A stretch of DNA of 47,207 bases from an uncultured Gammaproteobacteria bacterium (lineage in GTDB: Bacteria; Patescibacteriota; Patescibacteriia; Magasanikbacterales; GWA2-37-8). The position numbers and the translations under genes were made by a program. The notes beneath the pieces were generated by a model that was given only the letters and a program-made list of their open reading frames with translations, made no database searches and was not told the origin of the DNA. The stretch's first letter is position 1. Each line of letters opens with the position of its first letter. Positions 44,992 through 47,207 of the stretch are shown here, in pieces. The stretch spans positions 1 through 47,207 of the forward strand of contig CAYOFO010000003.1 in NCBI GenBank assembly GCA_964403325.1, written 5' to 3'.

Positions 44992-45918
44992 ATGGAACAT
45001 ACGGACTGTCTAATTTGTGGTTACCCGAATATTGAATTTTTCAATTCAAGTGAAAACTATAGAATAAATTGTGGTCGTTGCGGAGACTATTTTGTTACCG
45101 ACACGTTATACAGAACATTCGCAGATGTAGATATTAAAGAAGAACTAGTAAAGAAAGGTTATATAACTTCTGCTGTTATCAGAGAATTAAACGAGACAAA
45201 ACAAGAGATTCCTCGATTAAATACTAAAAATTACAGAACGCTTTGGGAACATTATTTAGTGCCGGATTTGGAAAACGTTGAGACAAAGGTAAAAAAACTG
45301 CTTCAACGGATAAAAGAAAGATCTGCATATTATGGGTCTCATGTTAGTATTTTGCATGACAAGGACTATCCTCTAGGTTATGCTCAAAATCCTCAAGAGT
45401 TCTCTGCACAAGTTAAACTTTTGGAAGATTCTAATCTGCTAAAAATAAGAGCGTGCGATACAGCCAAGTTTATTGTAGAACTTTCCGCACGTGGTTGGGG
45501 ATTGGCCAAAGATTCGAGTACCAAAAATAGCAATCAAGTATTTGTTGCAGTTTGGTTTGATCCTTCAACAGAAGGAACCATAAATACTATTTGCACTTCA
45601 ATTAAAGAATGTGGGTATGAAGCGATGTGTATAAAAAATGAGCATTTTTCAGAAAAAATAATGGATAAGGCAATTGGAGAAATAAAACAAAGTAAATTTA
45701 TGATAGCTGACTTAACGGGTAATAGGACAAGTGTATTTTTTGAAATTGGTTTAGCGTATGGTTTAGGGATAGAAATAATTTATCTCTTTAAGAAAGATGA
45801 GGTAAAAGAAAAAACGCCTTTAGATTTTTATGTTAAACATTATCAGTGTTATAGTTATAAAAATGCTACTGATATACCGGAAATCCTCAAAAACGCTATA
45901 AATGCTCGCATAAAATAA
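44992..45918 (+). CDS. Zn-ribbon + wHTH-like + C-terminal nucleoside 2-deoxyribosyltransferase-like / TIR-like Rossmannoid domain protein
   Basis: CLICGYPN...CGRCGDY. Middle region KFIVELSARGWGLA. C-terminal VFVAVWFDPS ... SKFMIADLTGNRTSVFFEIGLAYGLGIEIIYLFKK. Confidence 0.7.
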   Translation: MEHTDCLICGYPNIEFFNSSENYRINCGRCGDYFVTDTLYRTFADVDIKEELVKKGYITSAVIRELNETKQEIPRLNTKNYRTLWEHYLVPDLENVETKVKKLLQRIKERSAYYGSHVSILHDKDYPLGYAQNPQEFSAQVKLLEDSNLLKIRACDTAKFIVELSARGWGLAKDSSTKNSNQVFVAVWFDPSTEGTINTICTSIKECGYEAMCIKNEHFSEKIMDKAIGEIKQSKFMIADLTGNRTSVFFEIGLAYGLGIEIIYLFKKDEVKEKTPLDFYVKHYQCYSYKNATDIPEILKNAINARIK

Positions 45919-45928
45919 TTCATTTACC

Positions 45929-46471
45929 ATGATTAATTGCATTTACAATTTTTTTAACAACGCCACCGTTGGAGCTCTAGTCGCAGTAGTTGTTGCTGGT
46001 GCCGTCGGTTCTTGGCAATATCGAAAACAGAAAGATATTGATCGTGCCCAAGAAACAAAAAAGGATATTATTGGCGACCTTATTCTGCTTAACGAAAAAG
46101 CAAGTTACGTTTTATTAATAATTGATAGGATTGCTAATAGTTATTCAAGAACGGATAAATCTGGGTCTGGTTTTTTACAGTCAATTTTAGAGCATGAAAT
46201 TCCTCGGTTATCAGACGCAATAAATGAAGATATACCTTACGTAGATAAAAAAATAGAAGCTAAGCTTAGAATCTATTTCAAGGGTAATTCAAAAATAGAT
46301 AGTGCTTACGAATCTCTTAAAAAAGAGCTAAAGAATTGGCATTCTCCACTTACGACTCAGGACTTGTCACTTGTCAACCGTGTTGATAAACAGCCCAAGC
46401 TTAGTATAGAGAGACTAAATAATGAAATTAAGACGATGATAGATCTAGTTTGGCAAACTGACAAAGGGTAA
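45929..46471 (+). CDS. single-pass membrane hypothetical protein (180 aa)
   Basis: N-terminal TM VGALVAVVVAGAVGSW. Starts 10 nt after the upstream stop. Confidence 0.65.
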   Translation: MINCIYNFFNNATVGALVAVVVAGAVGSWQYRKQKDIDRAQETKKDIIGDLILLNEKASYVLLIIDRIANSYSRTDKSGSGFLQSILEHEIPRLSDAINEDIPYVDKKIEAKLRIYFKGNSKIDSAYESLKKELKNWHSPLTTQDLSLVNRVDKQPKLSIERLNNEIKTMIDLVWQTDKG

Positions 46472-46480
46472 TTTTCAATT

Positions 46481-47071
46481 ATGATTTATCTAATCGGAGT
46501 TAACCATACTGTCCAGTATGTAGCGGATCTTCACGAAAAACCAGAGTATAAAGAAATAAAAATAAAAATTCAAGAATTTAAAAATCATATACTAACCGAA
46601 GCGAAGCGATTAAACATATCTTTAATCGCTGAAGAAATGTCGCTGGCAGCTCTAAGAGCCTATGGTGCCAGAGACTCGGTAGCTAGAAGTGTAGCTACTA
46701 AGCTAAAAATAGAGCACAGATTCTGCGATCCAGATAGAGAACAAAGAAAGAGCTTGGGTCTGACAATAGATATGTATGACAGAGATATAATTGCAAGCAG
46801 ACTGGGAATTAGGAGAGATGTAGCAGAATGGACACCAGAGGATGTGGCTAGAGTAGGAGAAGAAAAGAAAAAAAGCTTTCACATTCGTGAAAAATTCTGG
46901 TTAGAAAGAATTATTGAAAAAATTGATCAATCAATTATATTTATTTGTGGCGAAGAACACACTTCCAGTTTTACAACAATATTAGGTGGTAACAATATTT
47001 CTTCAAGCATTATCAGTACTGGGTGGGGGAAGGAAGAGGTAGGCAAGCTCGAAAAAGAAGGGTGGATATAA
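46481..47071 (+). CDS. hypothetical protein, possible TraB/GumN/Tiki-superfamily fold
   Basis: Ordered motifs LIGVNHTVQ (GxxH), SLIAEE, FCDPD, IREKFWLERI, IFICGEEH. Starts 9 nt after the upstream stop. Confidence 0.6.
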   Translation: MIYLIGVNHTVQYVADLHEKPEYKEIKIKIQEFKNHILTEAKRLNISLIAEEMSLAALRAYGARDSVARSVATKLKIEHRFCDPDREQRKSLGLTIDMYDRDIIASRLGIRRDVAEWTPEDVARVGEEKKKSFHIREKFWLERIIEKIDQSIIFICGEEHTSSFTTILGGNNISSSIISTGWGKEEVGKLEKEGWI

Positions 47072-47170
47072 GCAAGTTACTTTGAATTAGAGTATGAATA
47101 CCCTCTGCCTTTCCATATCGGTAATGGCTCAGTTATGCTAAACTCTACACATTGAGCGTTGTAAAAACTA

Positions 47171-47207
47171 TTAACGTGGATTTCGCTGGTTCGATCCCAG
47201 CCCCCGG
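47171..47207 (+). repeat. 3' half of tRNA-Asn, truncated by the window edge, inverted relative to the intact gene
   Basis: ttaacgtggatttcgctggttcgatcccagcccccgg is identical to tRNA positions 34-70 (plus-strand 42222-42186). Identity starts inside the anticodon. Upstream sequence has no matching 5' half (no CCACG, D-arm or acceptor strand). Confidence 0.85.

Noticed and set aside
34900-47207. Classical tRNA-integrated genomic island or prophage
   Set aside because: There are no integrase, excisionase, transposase or phage structural genes in the window. The only tRNA-derived repeat is inverted rather than direct.
1-47207. CRISPR arrays, rRNA genes, IS elements
   Set aside because: I saw no regularly spaced short direct repeats, no rRNA-like conserved blocks, and no transposase-like ORFs with terminal inverted repeats.

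Overview
The window is a compact, A+T-rich, gene-dense bacterial stretch. Its content (many glycosyltransferases, VanW proteins, SecDF, folD, a fused transketolase, few biosynthetic genes) fits a reduced-genome lineage such as Patescibacteria/CPR, but that is inference only.

Layout:
- 1-5.1 kb: envelope polysaccharide genes (two GT4 glycosyltransferases and a WbaP-type priming transferase).
- 5.3-14.9 kb: four large same-strand ORFs of unknown function. Three of them form a tandem paralog array, and two of those carry N-terminal DnaJ J-domains.
- 14.9-15.3 kb: RNase P RNA on the minus strand, invisible to the ORF track.
- 15.5-22.4 kb: housekeeping and envelope genes (PAP2, DedA, GT2, two VanW, a YgjP-like hydrolase, Hsp20).
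- 22.5-22.7 kb: an orphan structured RNA of about 226 nt with its own promoter and terminator.
- 23-34.8 kb: glutaredoxin, a lipoprotein, SecD carrying an inserted tandem parvulin module, SecF, folD, tkt, a creatininase-family protein and a GNAT.
- 35-42 kb: accessory-looking minus-strand genes.
- 42.18-42.26 kb: tRNA-Asn(GTT). It is preceded by what reads as an Asn-codon leader-peptide attenuator.
- 42.5-47.1 kb: lexA plus a more A+T-rich cassette (coiled-coil 2-TM protein, Zn-ribbon/NDT- or TIR-like protein, TM protein, TraB/Tiki-like protein). It ends at an inverted copy of the 3' half of tRNA-Asn, exactly at the window edge.

I saw no CRISPR array, rRNA, transposase or integrase. All calls come from reading the sequence and motifs by eye. 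No searches or folding programs were run, and RNA ends and promoter calls are approximate.
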